Positions 35,243 through 45,138 of a DNA stretch of 64,000 nt are shown in pieces. The first letter of the stretch is position 1. Every line of letters begins with the position of its first letter. A program made the translations under genes and the position numbers. A model generated the notes under the pieces. That model was not told the DNA's origin and did no database searches. It was given only the letters and a program-made list of their open reading frames with translations. Where the stretch lies: assembly GCA_041946735.1 (NCBI GenBank), contig JBHGAY010000015.1, positions 16,170 through 80,169 of the forward strand, written 5' to 3'. Origin of the DNA: Candidatus Eiseniibacteriota bacterium. GTDB taxonomy: Bacteria; Eisenbacteria; RBG-16-71-46; CAIMUX01; VGJL01.

Positions 35243-38200
35243 TCACCGCGACGGACCGCCCGCCTCGACCGACCCCGATCGCGACACCGACCCGGATCGC
35301 GTAGCCGCCCCCGGTGATCGGGAGGCGCCGAGCAGTGCTGCGGCCTCCTCGACGACCGCCGAAGCGCCGCCGCGACGCTCTTCGCCTCCGCCTGCCGCCG
35401 CCGCGGCGGCCGCCCCGCTCCATCGCCGCAGCATCCCCTGGCTGTCCAGGTAGGCCTCGACGCGCGTCAGCATGCCTGCGTCGTTCGCGTGGCCGTCGAA
35501 CTGCAGGGTCAGGAAGGCGCGCCCGAAGGCGTCGCGGACGAAATGCTTGATGTAGGAGTCGGGGCCGCACTTGAAGTTCGTAATGTAAATGAGGTGGAGG
35601 CGCTCGCGGCGCGAGGCGACGATCGCCGCCGCGAGGATCTTCCTTCCATAGGCCCAGTACATGTTCGCATTGACCGCCTCGATGTCGGCGTCGCCGGAGG
35701 CGAGGAACTCGAGCGGCACCACGTTCGCCCCGTAGAGATCGCGGAGCTTGCGCGGCACGTCGAGGTTCACGACGGGGTCGAAGAGGTTGTACGGGCGGCC
35801 GGCCAGAAGGACGGCCGGCTCTCCGCTCGCATCCAGCTCCCGCATCGCCGTCTCGCCCGCCTCTCGAATCCTCCTCCGAAAGAGGGCGAGAGCCTCCTCA
35901 CCCGCGGCCAGGCCCCGCTTCACGGCCCCCTTCCGCACTCCATAGCGCCGGAGGGAATCGTGCAGCGGATCGACCAGCGCCCGCGGGCCGGCCTGGATGC
36001 GGAGTAGCGGGTGGACGATCCGTTTGGCCTGCGCCTCGAACCCGGCCGCCGCGCGCACGACGTAGGGGATCGTCATCCCCCAAGGACAGCAGAAGCTTTC
36101 GATCTCGTCGTGCGTCCGCTCTGTGTTGATCAGGTTCGGCAGGAAGACGAAGTCGGTCTCGGGCATTTCGAGCGCGAGCCGGACGTGGCCGTGGGCGACC
36201 TGGATCGGGAAGCAAGGCTCGGCGACCGCCGCCTCCACTCCATCGTGCGCGATCGATCGGTTCGTCTCCGGCGTCAGGCGGACCCCGAAGCCGGTCTCGC
36301 GCAGGAAGGCGTTCCAGAACGGAAACCGGTCGAAGAAGTAGAGGGAGCGCGGGAAGGCGACCGTGCCGCGTGGGCCGCTACCCGGCTCGTACCCCTCGAG
36401 GAGCCACTCCTTTCGCAACCGCACGAGATCGTCGATGACCGGCTCGTACTGGACCCGCGCCCGGCGCCTGTAGCGATCGCCGCACTGGTCGCCCCAGAAC
36501 GTCTTCTCTCCCTCGACCCGGAACTCCTGCATGTCGCAGCGGTTCTCGCACCCCTGGCACGTGAACTCCCGGATCCGGTAGTCGACGGTGCCGAGGTCCC
36601 ATCCACGGAACCGCGATGGCGCTCCGGAATCCGCGTTCGCCTTCTCCCAGGCGAGCAGGGCCGCGCCCACGGCTCCGACGACTCCGTTGTAGGGAGGGAC
36701 GATGATCTCCCGGTCGAGAATCTGCGCAAAAGCCGCTGCGACGGCGTCGTTGTAGGCCGTCCCCCCTTGGAAGAAGATCACGCCGTCGATCTTGCGGCCG
36801 CGCACGACGCGGTTGATGTAGTTCGTCGCGACCGAGAGAGCGAGTCCGGCCAGCAGATCCTCGGTCGACGCGCCACGCTGCTGGTAGGCGTTGACGTCCC
36901 GTTCCATGAAGACCGTGCAGCGTTCGCCGAGGCGCACGGGGGAGGTCGACGCGAGCGCCCGGCTCGCGAACTCCCCCTTGATGCAGACTCCCAGCTCCTC
37001 CGCCCGCTCCTCGAGGAACGACCCGGTGCCGGCCGCGCACGCTTCGTTCATCGCGAAGTCGACGACGATCCCGTCCTCGATGCGGATGTACTTCGCGTCC
37101 TGCCCGCCGATCTCGAAGATCGTATGGACCGGTGAGCCGAGCATCGTCCGCGCGATGAAGCTCGCGCCGGTCTTGTGAGCGGTGATCTCGTCGTTCACGG
37201 TGTCGGCGCCGACCAGCTCACCGATCAGCTCGCGACCCGAGCCGGTCGTCCCGACGGCCCGCACGGCGATCCGTTTTCCCAGCTCGCCGCGCAGCTCCGC
37301 GAGCGCCGCGGTGACGACCTCGATCGGCCGTCCCTGCGTGCGCGTGTAGATCTCGCGCACGATCTGGCCTTCGCGCGTCAGAAGAACCACGTTCGTGCTG
37401 ACCGACCCGATGTCGATTCCGAGAGCGACCTCGACCGGAGAGCCGTTCCCACTCGACGGCATCTCGTAAGGGAGCACGCGGTCCCGAAGCGCGATGACCT
37501 TGCCGAGGTCGAGCGGGCGGGCGCGCGGCATCGTGTCCGAGCCGAGGGACGCCTCCGACACTCGCTCCAGATCGAGAGGATGGTGCACGGCGTCGCTCGC
37601 TTCGAGGATTGCGCATCCGATCGCGGCATGCGCCGCGTGATGCTCCGGGACGATCAGGTCTTCGTCGAGATCGAAAACGTCGCGCAGCGCGCGCACCACC
37701 ATCCCATTGGCCGCGACCCCGCCGACGAGTAGAACCGGCGGCCGCGGGGTCCGTCCTTTCACTACGGCGGCTCGGAAGTTGCGCGCGACGGTTTCACAAA
37801 GTCCCCGGAGCACCTCCGGGGGCGAGTAGCCTTTCTGCTGCGCGTGGATCATGTCGCTCTTCGCGAAAACGGAGCAGCGCCCGGCGATCTTGGCGGCCCG
37901 CTCGCTCGCGAGCGCGATCGCGCCCAGCTCCTCGACCTCGTAGCGCAGTCGCCCTGCCTGCTGATCGAGGAACGAGCCGGTTCCGGCAGCGCAGTCTCCG
38001 TTGGTTGCGTAATCGGCGATCCCCAGCTCGCCCGATCCTGGGTCCCGCTCGAAGAAGAGCGCCTTCGAGGACTCCCCGCCGATTTCGAAGAGCGTCCGCA
38101 CCTCGGGTGCCAGGGCGCGCGTCGCCGCCGCGAGGCAGCGGAAGTCGTTCTCTTCCGGGATTCCGAAGCGCTCGCGAAGCAGGCGGGCTCCCGAGCCGGT

Positions 38201-38467
38201 CACACGGACCCCGTCGAACGCGCGGCCGCCGGCGCTCTCCCGTATCCGCTCCACGAGGAGCCGGGCGGCCTCGAGCGGACGTCCGTGGGTGCGCCGGTAG
38301 GTGGTGACGCGGAGAGATGCCGGCCCTCCGCCGGGAAGCTCGATATCGAGGAGGTCGGGGGACCAGAGATCCCCCGACGGCTCCTCGCGACGCTCCCGAT
38401 CCTCGCCGATCTTCAGCAGGGCGGCCTTGATGCTGACCGCGCCGATGTCGAGTCCCAAGTACAGCAA
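35243..38467 (-). CDS. CoA-substrate-specific enzyme activase: two tandem BadF/BadG/BcrA/BcrD-type ATPase domains plus a C-terminal DUF2229 domain
   Basis: Two ASKHA ATPase modules, each with LGIDIGxxS...EIGGxxxK...ACAAGTGSF motifs, are followed by about 470 aa of DUF2229 (CPWG, NFKCGPDS). A TTG start is proposed at 38467 with AGGAG 8 nt upstream. The first 45 aa of the track ORF are rejected. Confidence 0.75.
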   Translation of the reverse strand: MLYLGLDIGAVSIKAALLKIGEDRERREEPSGDLWSPDLLDIELPGGGPASLRVTTYRRTHGRPLEAARLLVERIRESAGGRAFDGVRVTGSGARLLRERFGIPEENDFRCLAAATRALAPEVRTLFEIGGESSKALFFERDPGSGELGIADYATNGDCAAGTGSFLDQQAGRLRYEVEELGAIALASERAAKIAGRCSVFAKSDMIHAQQKGYSPPEVLRGLCETVARNFRAAVVKGRTPRPPVLLVGGVAANGMVVRALRDVFDLDEDLIVPEHHAAHAAIGCAILEASDAVHHPLDLERVSEASLGSDTMPRARPLDLGKVIALRDRVLPYEMPSSGNGSPVEVALGIDIGSVSTNVVLLTREGQIVREIYTRTQGRPIEVVTAALAELRGELGKRIAVRAVGTTGSGRELIGELVGADTVNDEITAHKTGASFIARTMLGSPVHTIFEIGGQDAKYIRIEDGIVVDFAMNEACAAGTGSFLEERAEELGVCIKGEFASRALASTSPVRLGERCTVFMERDVNAYQQRGASTEDLLAGLALSVATNYINRVVRGRKIDGVIFFQGGTAYNDAVAAAFAQILDREIIVPPYNGVVGAVGAALLAWEKANADSGAPSRFRGWDLGTVDYRIREFTCQGCENRCDMQEFRVEGEKTFWGDQCGDRYRRRARVQYEPVIDDLVRLRKEWLLEGYEPGSGPRGTVAFPRSLYFFDRFPFWNAFLRETGFGVRLTPETNRSIAHDGVEAAVAEPCFPIQVAHGHVRLALEMPETDFVFLPNLINTERTHDEIESFCCPWGMTIPYVVRAAAGFEAQAKRIVHPLLRIQAGPRALVDPLHDSLRRYGVRKGAVKRGLAAGEEALALFRRRIREAGETAMRELDASGEPAVLLAGRPYNLFDPVVNLDVPRKLRDLYGANVVPLEFLASGDADIEAVNANMYWAYGRKILAAAIVASRRERLHLIYITNFKCGPDSYIKHFVRDAFGRAFLTLQFDGHANDAGMLTRVEAYLDSQGMLRRWSGAAAAAAAGGGEERRGGASAVVEEAAALLGASRSPGAATRSGSVSRSGSVEAGGPSR

Positions 38468-38649
38468 GAGAGGCGCTCCTGAACGGTCTCCCTGCCGCGC
38501 AGGTCGAGACCCGGCCGGTCCATACGAACGAGGGCGGCCAACCGGGGCTGAGAATACGTTCGGCCTGATGCGTTGGCAAGGACGCCCGACCGGTCGCCGC
38601 ATCGCAGCTCCATGCCCGCCGATGCCCGCCGGCGGGCCGTGTCAGGCCC

Positions 38650-38725
38650 GGGCAGGCCGGCTCTCCTAGCACGCCGGCTCTCCGTGCGGGGTGCTCTCCT
38701 GGCAGGCCGGCTCTCCGTGCAGGCC
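38650..38725. repeat. Direct repeats GGCAGGCCGGCTCTCC / GCCGGCTCTCCGTGC (2-3 copies) in the 310-bp region upstream of the activase gene
   Basis: Seen directly at about 38652, 38672 and 38702. Confidence 0.45.
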
Positions 38726-38779
38726 GCTCCGGCTCGCCTTCGCGGCTGGCTTTCCCGGCTCGTTTCCGTGGCTCGCTTC

Positions 38780-39430
38780 TTAGCGAGGAGGCAGCGCAGA
38801 GCCGAGTTCATCGGCGAGGAGCCTGGCTTTGTGCGCCAGGTTCGCTGCGGCCTGGAGATCCTCGTGATCGAACGCCTTCCGGGCCTGGTCGATCAGGCCG
38901 CGCACGGTGCGAAGCTTCTGCTTCTGTTCTTCAGTCTGGACGCGGTCGACGGAGCGCGTGACCGACAGCTCGGCGATGCGCAGATCGTCCTCGGTCACCG
39001 CCTTCAGCCGCAGCTTCTCGGCATCGGTGAGTGCGACCGAGATCGACGACTGTCCAGCGCCGCCTTCCTCGAGGAGGGTATCCGCCGGAGAGGTCTCGGT
39101 CGTTTCGGACCCCGGCGGGCCCGCTTCGGCCTGCGGTCTCTCGCCCGGCTCGGCCGTCCGCCGTGAAGCGCCGTTGCTGCCCCCTCGAGAGGGCGCGCCG
39201 GTCGATCCCGATGCGCTCGAGGGCGGATGGAAGGCTGCGGAATCGATCGGGGCAGCTTCGGACTGCGCTCGGATCGAGTCGGCAATCTCGGCGGACCAGG
39301 TGGGAGGCGGGGGAGCATCCGGAGGACGGAACAGCCTCTTCACGCTGCCGCATCCCGAGCCGCCAGCCGTGACCGCGAAGGCCAGAAGCACGGCGGGGGG
39401 GAGGAAGCGCCGTCCAAAGAGGCGGGTCAA
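38780..39430 (-). CDS. Hypothetical lipoprotein, last gene of the sigma-54 two-component operon
   Basis: Its ATG overlaps the histidine kinase stop in an ATGA. The signal carries the lipobox GGSGCGS. A Pro/Ser-rich linker leads to a helical C-terminal domain. Confidence 0.6.
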   Translation of the reverse strand: MTRLFGRRFLPPAVLLAFAVTAGGSGCGSVKRLFRPPDAPPPPTWSAEIADSIRAQSEAAPIDSAAFHPPSSASGSTGAPSRGGSNGASRRTAEPGERPQAEAGPPGSETTETSPADTLLEEGGAGQSSISVALTDAEKLRLKAVTEDDLRIAELSVTRSVDRVQTEEQKQKLRTVRGLIDQARKAFDHEDLQAAANLAHKARLLADELGSALPPR

Positions 39431-41280
39431 GCGGGCACGCCACGGGAATCACGCAACGGCGATCCCCGTCCCGCCGACAACCGTACCGGCACGCGCAACG
39501 TCACGGACGTTCCCTCGCCCACGCGGGACTCGATCTTCATGTCTCCCGCGTGCATGTGCATCGCCTGCATCACGAGCGCCAGGCCAACCCCCGTCCCCTC
39601 GCCGCGCGTCGTGAAGTAGAGGTCCGCGACCTTGTCGAGGTGCTCGGGGGGGATCCCGGGGCCGGTGTCGGAGACGACGATCTGAATCTCATTCCCCTCG
39701 GTGCGGCTCCGCACCAGGACCCGTCCCTCTCTGGAGGGGAGCGCCTGGATCGCATTGCGGACGACGTTCTCGACCGCTTGACGGAGCACCGATCGATCCC
39801 CTTGAGTCTCGGGAATCGCCGGATCCGGATGGAACTCCAGCTCCAGCCCGGCGAGGTTCGCCTCGGCTTCCATGCCCTGCTGGATCTCCTCGAGCAGATC
39901 GTTGACGTCGAGCGGAGCATACACGAGCTGTCGCAGGCGGGCGACCTTCAGGAAGCCGCTGACCGCGCGCTGCAGCCGCTGGATTTCGTCCTGCGCGGTA
40001 CGTACGTGGCTATCGACCTCCTCCATGCTCAGATTGCGCGATTGCCGGAGGATGCCCAGCTCCAGGTTGATCGTCTGGAGCGGGTTGCGGATCTCGTGGG
40101 CCACACCGGCCGCCATCTGTCCGAGCCGGGTCAGCACTTTCGAATGGTCGATCAGTAGATGCAGCTCCTCGAGCGCCGTCGTCTCCTTGAACTCGATCAG
40201 GACGCCCGCGGGAGCGTCCGCGCCCGTGATGCGGTGACCGATCGCGACGTGCGCGGGGGCGTTCCCGGAGGGCGGCAACGGGACCGAGAAGGTCCCTTCC
40301 TCCGGTGATGCGTTGTCGTAGAGCCGGTCCGCCAGCACGCGCACCGGATGATCGGGCGCCAGCAGCTCATCGATCCGCTTCCCGCGCGAGGATTCGAGGT
40401 CGATTCCGAGGAGTCCTGCCGTGGTCGCGTTGATGAGAACGATCTCGCGGCGCGGGCCGAGCGTCAGGACACCTTCCCCGAGAAGCTCGACCGTCTTGCG
40501 GAAGGAGCCGAGATGCTCGCGATCCGCGCTCTCTTTCGAGAACTGCTCGGAAAGGAGGTTCAGGTCACGAGCGAGCTGGCTGAATTCGTCGACTCCCTCG
40601 GGGATCCGGCTCTCGTAGCGGCCCTCGCGCATCGCGGCGACGCTCGTCTCGAACTGGCGGAGGCGGCGCGTGAGGAGATAGGCGAGCGCGAGGCCGAACA
40701 GCAGAGCCAGCCCGAGCTGGAAGCCCGCGGCGAGCGCCCCACGGCGAGCGACCTCCGCCATCCGCTCCTTCAAGAGAACGCTCGCGATCGCGATCCGGAT
40801 CGTCGCGAACGGAGTGCCGTCCAGCAGCAGCGGGGTTTCGGTCTGGTAGACGTCCGCCGAACGGATCACGTCCCGGAAGAGGGCGAGCGTCTGCTGGAGC
40901 GTCTTCGCCTCGGGCAGCGGCGGGAGCGGGTCCGCCGGGCGGTCGACCATCCCCCGCTCGGTGCTGGCGATGACGACGTCGCTGGAATCACAAATCGCGA
41001 CGAAGACGACGGCGGGGGCCTGAGCGGTCGCGGCCTGCATCACGAGTGGAAGACGGGGATCGGACCGGATGCGGCGGATCAGGTCTTCCCCCCGGTCCTT
41101 TCCGGCGAGCCAGCCGATCTGCAGCAGCGCGGACTGCGAGATCAAGGCGCTCTCGCTCCGGACTCCGTCGAGCGCCATGCGCATGACGTAGGTCATCTCG
41201 AGGAGTCCCGAGATCGAGACGAGGACGACGGCAAGCAGGAGCAGCGCGAGGATCTGGCGCGCGCTCCACTCGATTTTCAC
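39427..41280 (-). CDS. Sensor histidine kinase (NtrB-like): periplasmic sensor, HAMP, HisKA and HATPase_c domains
   Basis: Its GTG start overlaps the response regulator stop. The H-box AHEIRNPLQ is present, and the N/G1/G2 boxes read NAIQAL...DTGPGIP...GTGVGLALV. Confidence 0.85.
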   Translation of the reverse strand: MKIEWSARQILALLLLAVVLVSISGLLEMTYVMRMALDGVRSESALISQSALLQIGWLAGKDRGEDLIRRIRSDPRLPLVMQAATAQAPAVVFVAICDSSDVVIASTERGMVDRPADPLPPLPEAKTLQQTLALFRDVIRSADVYQTETPLLLDGTPFATIRIAIASVLLKERMAEVARRGALAAGFQLGLALLFGLALAYLLTRRLRQFETSVAAMREGRYESRIPEGVDEFSQLARDLNLLSEQFSKESADREHLGSFRKTVELLGEGVLTLGPRREIVLINATTAGLLGIDLESSRGKRIDELLAPDHPVRVLADRLYDNASPEEGTFSVPLPPSGNAPAHVAIGHRITGADAPAGVLIEFKETTALEELHLLIDHSKVLTRLGQMAAGVAHEIRNPLQTINLELGILRQSRNLSMEEVDSHVRTAQDEIQRLQRAVSGFLKVARLRQLVYAPLDVNDLLEEIQQGMEAEANLAGLELEFHPDPAIPETQGDRSVLRQAVENVVRNAIQALPSREGRVLVRSRTEGNEIQIVVSDTGPGIPPEHLDKVADLYFTTRGEGTGVGLALVMQAMHMHAGDMKIESRVGEGTSVTLRVPVRLSAGRGSPLRDSRGVPA

Positions 41281-42671
41281 GATCCGGCCTGCGCTCGGGT
41301 TTCGGCGCCCGCTCGATAGCTGCGCAGTTTCATGTGCAAGGTCTTGGTGCTGATCCCCAGCAGACCCGACGCGCGCGTCTTGTTGCCCCCGCACGCTTCG
41401 AGGGTTTCGAGGATCACTGCCTTCTCTACCTCCGAGAGAGGGGTGCCGACCGAAACCGAGAGACTTCCGGCCTTCGTCGGGTTCTTCCGCACGCTCGGCC
41501 GCACCGCCGGGGGAAGTTGGGACGGCTGAATCTCTTCCTCCTTGGAGAGGATGACGGCGCGCTGGATCGCATTACGCAGCTCACGGACGTTGCCGGGCCA
41601 GTCGTACTGCATGAGCAGCTGGAGCGTCTCCTCGGCAAAGCCCACGACCGGCTTCTGGTTCTCCTGCGCGTACTCTTCGAGGAAGCTCTGCGCGAGGAGC
41701 GGAATGTCCTCCGGGCGCTCCCGCAGCGGTGGAATGTGCAACGTGAAGACGTTCAGCCGGAAATACAGGTCCTCACGGAAATGCCCCGCTCCCATGCGCT
41801 GCTCGACATCCATGTTCGTTGCGGCGAGAACGCGTACGTCGACCGGAGTCTCGCGCTGGCCGCCAACGCGGCGGACCTTCCGTTCCTCGAGGACGCGCAA
41901 CAGCTTGCTCTGCAATGCGGCCGGCATCTCCCCGATCTCGTCGAGAAAGAGAGTCCCTTTGTCGGCGAGCTCGAACGTCCCCGGCCGCGACGCGGTCGCG
42001 CCGGTGAAGGCCCCCTTCTCGTGCCCGAAGATCTCGCTCTCGAGAAGCGTCTCCGGAATCGCGGCGCAGTTGATCGCGACGAACCTCGCTGCGCTTCGGG
42101 GGCTCAGGTTGTGGATCGCCCGCGCCACCACTTCCTTGCCGGTTCCGCTCTCTCCCGTAATGAGCACGGAGGCGGAGGAAGGAGCGATCTGATCGATCAT
42201 CCGGTAGAGCTCGAGCATGGGAGGCGACTTCCCGATCAGACTCTGGAATCGTCCGCTCCGAACCATCTCCCGGCGGAGGTCCAGGACTTCCTGCCGCATC
42301 GACGCGCGCTCGAGCCCCTTGAAGATCACCGTCGCGAGGCGCTCCGGATCGACCGGCTTGACCAGGTAGTCGTAGACGCCGCGACGGGTCGCTTCGACCG
42401 CGCTGTCGATCGTGCCGTGCGCTGTAAGGACAACGAGGGTCGCCTCGATTCCGCGGTCGCTCAGGTCCGAGATGAGGTCGAGCCCGCTCCTTCCCGGGAG
42501 CTGCAGGTCGGTGATGACGAGGTCCGGGGGAGACGTAAGTGCTTTCTGAAGTGCTTCTTCTGCGCCTTCGGCGAGGTCGACGGTGTGTCCCATCCCCGAG
42601 ATGATCCGCGCGAGTCCCTTGCGGATCGGCTCCTCATCGTCGACGACGAGAATCCGAGTCTCCTTCGGCAT
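41277..42671 (-). CDS. Sigma-54-dependent response regulator (NtrC family: REC, AAA+ sigma-54 activator and Fis-type HTH)
   Basis: The REC domain has D in DLQLPGRSG. The Walker A is GESGTGKE. The GAFTGA-like loop and ESELFGHEKGAFTGA are present. The C-terminal HTH reads RASGLLGISTKTLHMKLR. Confidence 0.9.
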   Translation of the reverse strand: MPKETRILVVDDEEPIRKGLARIISGMGHTVDLAEGAEEALQKALTSPPDLVITDLQLPGRSGLDLISDLSDRGIEATLVVLTAHGTIDSAVEATRRGVYDYLVKPVDPERLATVIFKGLERASMRQEVLDLRREMVRSGRFQSLIGKSPPMLELYRMIDQIAPSSASVLITGESGTGKEVVARAIHNLSPRSAARFVAINCAAIPETLLESEIFGHEKGAFTGATASRPGTFELADKGTLFLDEIGEMPAALQSKLLRVLEERKVRRVGGQRETPVDVRVLAATNMDVEQRMGAGHFREDLYFRLNVFTLHIPPLRERPEDIPLLAQSFLEEYAQENQKPVVGFAEETLQLLMQYDWPGNVRELRNAIQRAVILSKEEEIQPSQLPPAVRPSVRKNPTKAGSLSVSVGTPLSEVEKAVILETLEACGGNKTRASGLLGISTKTLHMKLRSYRAGAETRAQAGS

Positions 42672-42919
42672 GTGATCCCCCTCCCTGGAATCGCCGACGA
42701 TACTCCAAGCCGGACCTGACCGGGAAGAAAGGTAACACTACGCACCTTTCATCCCGCAAGCACAAGCGTCGCTGGTCTCGCGGATGGACGAACTCCGGGA
42801 CGCCTGGAGAGTTAAGGCGCTGAAGCAGATCAGCTTGCAGGCGCCTCCCTCAGCGTGCGCTCCATGGCACGCCGCTGGTTAGTGCCTAAGGCATGGACCG
42901 AGTGCGAGGAGGTAACTGC

Positions 42920-43576
42920 GTGAGCAACTGGAGAGCGCCCGTCTGGATGGCCGTCGTTGGACTCAGCGTATTGGGACTCGGGTCGGGATGCGCCACCCGG
43001 GGTTACGTGAGAAGCCAGGTAGCGGACGCCCGAGCCGACCTTCAGCAGCAGATCGAAGATGTTCGGAACTCGTCCAGCCAGGCGCTCGAGCGAGCGGAAC
43101 TGGCCTATGGGCAGTCGAACGAAGCCAAGGACTTGGCACTCGGCCGCGTGGGATTCCATGAGGTAACCCAGTACACGTTGCGATTCGACTTCGACAGCGA
43201 TGAGCTCGACGGTGAAGCGATAGAGACACTGAACCAGACCGCAGACCAGATCCAGAGCCGTCCTGATGTTCTGGTCGACGTGTATGGGTTCGCCGATCGG
43301 ACGGGATCCGAACGATATAACTACGAGCTAGGCCAGCGTCGTGCGAACGAGGTGATGCGCTATCTCCTCGACCGCATGCCCAGCCAGCTGAACCGCTTCG
43401 CCGCGGTCTCCTACGGCGAGGACAAGCCTCTCGGGGAGCAGGAAACCCCCGAGGAACGGGCGGCCAACCGCAGGGTCGTGGTTTCTCTCATCGAAAGGGT
43501 CCCGTTGGAGCAACAGAACCAGGCGCAGGCGATCCCCGAAGAGGTCCCTGAAGAGGGATCGCAGGCATCGGAATAG
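42920..43576 (+). CDS. OmpA/Pal-family peptidoglycan-associated lipoprotein
   Basis: GTG start with GAGGAGG 7 nt upstream. The lipobox is GLGSGC. The OmpA_C motifs read FDFDSDEL...YGFADRTGSERYNYELGQRRANEV...NRRVVV. Confidence 0.8.
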   Translation: MSNWRAPVWMAVVGLSVLGLGSGCATRGYVRSQVADARADLQQQIEDVRNSSSQALERAELAYGQSNEAKDLALGRVGFHEVTQYTLRFDFDSDELDGEAIETLNQTADQIQSRPDVLVDVYGFADRTGSERYNYELGQRRANEVMRYLLDRMPSQLNRFAAVSYGEDKPLGEQETPEERAANRRVVVSLIERVPLEQQNQAQAIPEEVPEEGSQASE

Positions 43577-43615
43577 CGACCGAGACGCGATAGAAAGAGT
43601 TCGAAAAGAAGACGC

Positions 43616-43687
43616 GGACTCCTCCCGGAGCGGGACGTTGTGCATGCCCCTCGCCCGTCCCCTCTGCGGAGGAGTCCAAATTTTTTG
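43616..43687 (+). terminator. Rho-independent terminator after the OmpA gene
   Basis: Long imperfect hairpin with a 10-bp outer stem GGACTCCTCC...GGAGGAGTCC, followed by AAATTTTTT. Confidence 0.6.
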
Positions 43688-43844
43688 CCCCGATTGACGC
43701 CCTTCCCCTGGGTTCCCTACTCTCTCCTTCGTTCGCATGCACGGCGCTGCGGCGCCAGGCCGGCTGCCCGCGATTCCTTTGGGGGCCGGGAGGGTCGGGT
43801 TGGAGTCAACCGCTTGCGGCGCAAGCGGTTCGAGGAGGTGGATC

Positions 43845-45026
43845 GTGAAGCGCAACGTCGTGTCGATGCCGGGAGACGGAATCGGGAAGGTCGTCCTCCC
43901 CGAGGCGATCCGAGTCCTGGACGCGGTCGGGTTCGAAGCGAACTACATCCATGGCGATATCGGCTGGGAGTTCTGGTGCAGCGAGGGCAACGCCCTCCCG
44001 GACCGGACCATCTCGCTCCTCGAGGAGCACAAGCTCGGCCTCTTCGGCGCGATCACGTCCAAGCCCAAGGACAAGGCGGAGGCGGATCTCTCGCCAGCGT
44101 TGAAGGGGAAGGGGCACGTCTACTACAGCCCCATCGTCACGATGCGGCAGAAGTTCGATCTCGACATCTGCATCCGCCCCTGCATCGCCTTCGAAGGCAA
44201 CCCGCTGAACTGGATCCGCAAGGACGGTCGCGGGAGCATCGAGGAGCCGAAGGTCGACGTCGTGATCTTCCGGCAGAACACCGAAGGGCTCTATAGCGGC
44301 ATCGAGTGGACGAACCCGCCCGAGAACGTCCGCGCCGCCCTCGCGAGCCATTCGAAGTGGAAGATGTACCAAAAGGTCGCAGGACCGGATCTCGCCGTGT
44401 CGACGCGCGTCATCACGCGCCCAGCCGCCGAAAGGATCTGCCGCAACGCGTTCGAGTACGCGAAGAAGTTCGGCTACAAGTCGGTGACGATCTGTGAGAA
44501 GCCGAACGTCCTTCGTGAAACCTCCGGGATGATGGAGTCCGTGGCGAAGCAGGTGGCGAAGGACTTTCCGGGCATCCCTCTCTGGTCGGTGAACATCGAC
44601 GCGCTCATGATGTGGCTCACGAAGAACCCCGAGGCGTACGGGGTGATCGTGGCGAGCAACATGTTCGGCGACATCATCAGCGACGGCTTCGCGGGATTGG
44701 TCGGCGGGCTCGGGTTCGCATGCAGCGGCAACATCGGCCGCAATTGCGCGGTCTTCGAACCGACCCACGGGTCCGCGCCGAAGTACGAGAAGCTTGATCC
44801 TTCGATCGTCAATCCGATCGCGATGATCCTTTCCGCGGTGATGATGCTCGAGCACGTCGGGGAGACCGCGAAGGCTTCGCGGATCAAGAGCGCGATCGCC
44901 GCAGTGATCCGCGAGGGGAAAGTCCGTACATACGACATGATGCGGCTCACGGGCGGCCCCGACGTGTTCGGGAAGGGCGCCGTGACCACGCAGCAGATGA
45001 CCGACGCAATCCTGGCACATCTCTAG
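43845..45026 (+). CDS. Isocitrate/isopropylmalate dehydrogenase-family beta-decarboxylating dehydrogenase
   Basis: GTG start with GAGGAGG upstream. The N-terminus is MPGDGIGKVV. The signature is NMFGDIISD, and the dimerisation and active-site Asp residues are present. About 393 aa. Confidence 0.75.
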   Translation: MKRNVVSMPGDGIGKVVLPEAIRVLDAVGFEANYIHGDIGWEFWCSEGNALPDRTISLLEEHKLGLFGAITSKPKDKAEADLSPALKGKGHVYYSPIVTMRQKFDLDICIRPCIAFEGNPLNWIRKDGRGSIEEPKVDVVIFRQNTEGLYSGIEWTNPPENVRAALASHSKWKMYQKVAGPDLAVSTRVITRPAAERICRNAFEYAKKFGYKSVTICEKPNVLRETSGMMESVAKQVAKDFPGIPLWSVNIDALMMWLTKNPEAYGVIVASNMFGDIISDGFAGLVGGLGFACSGNIGRNCAVFEPTHGSAPKYEKLDPSIVNPIAMILSAVMMLEHVGETAKASRIKSAIAAVIREGKVRTYDMMRLTGGPDVFGKGAVTTQQMTDAILAHL

Positions 45027-45138
45027 TCCATCGACCGTCTGTCGATCGATCGTCTATTGATCGTCCATCGATCGTCGTCCGTCGTCGTCGGGTCGTCGAC
45101 CGGCCGCTCTCCTCGGCCGGCAATGGGGGAGGTGGAGG

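Noticed and set aside
33846-35570. Full 574-aa track ORF as the HgdB-like gene
   Set aside because: Its first 117 codons overlap the upstream activase gene and are low-complexity. A GTG with an AAAGGAG RBS at 35219, just after the activase stop, is the likelier start.
38468-38600. Sigma-54 promoter for the activase gene (TTGGCAAGGACGCCCGA)
   Set aside because: It is on the wrong strand relative to the minus-strand activase gene, and the -12 element does not match.
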